A stretch of 64,000 bases of DNA from assembly GCA_963920595.1 (NCBI GenBank), contig OY986949.1, positions 4,340,001 through 4,404,000 of the forward strand, read 5' to 3'. This document shows, one piece after another, positions 63,901-64,000 of the stretch (position 1 is its first letter; each line of letters starts with the position of its first letter). This stretch comes from Eimeria praecox (lineage: Eukaryota). Under the pieces are notes generated by a model. The model was given only the letters and a program-made list of their open reading frames with translations. It was not told where the DNA came from and did not search any database. A program made the position numbers and the translations under genes.

Positions 63901-64000
63901 CTTCTACTTAGTTCGCTCAATGTTGGCCATACACTGCTATCTCTTAGTTGATTTTTCGAAGAAAGGACTACACAGGCACAACATTTCATGCTGTTGCATG

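Overview
Eukaryotic, intron-containing genomic DNA, most consistent with a coccidian apicomplexan (Eimeria/Cyclospora-like). This is an inference from gene style and the density of decayed Ty3/gypsy-type remnants. Most entries in the ORF track are spurious. Three spliced genes can be supported: an OFCC1-like multi-pass membrane protein gene (~7.7-14.9 kb, minus), an uncharacterised protein with a C-terminal Dpy-30 motif (~18.3-21.0 kb, minus), and a 10-exon inward-rectifier K+ channel (Kir) gene (24315-27257, plus) whose filter reads AIGYG instead of TIGYG. The rest is largely a mosaic of heavily degraded gypsy pol fragments. It also holds three ~408-bp solo-LTR-like elements with 5-bp target-site duplications and hairpins at both ends (one nested in another, itself inside an older integrase), a 3 x 3.79-kb tandem array with a chimeric middle copy, and a compound TA/GA microsatellite. 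All family assignments come from motif recognition by eye; no database searches were run.
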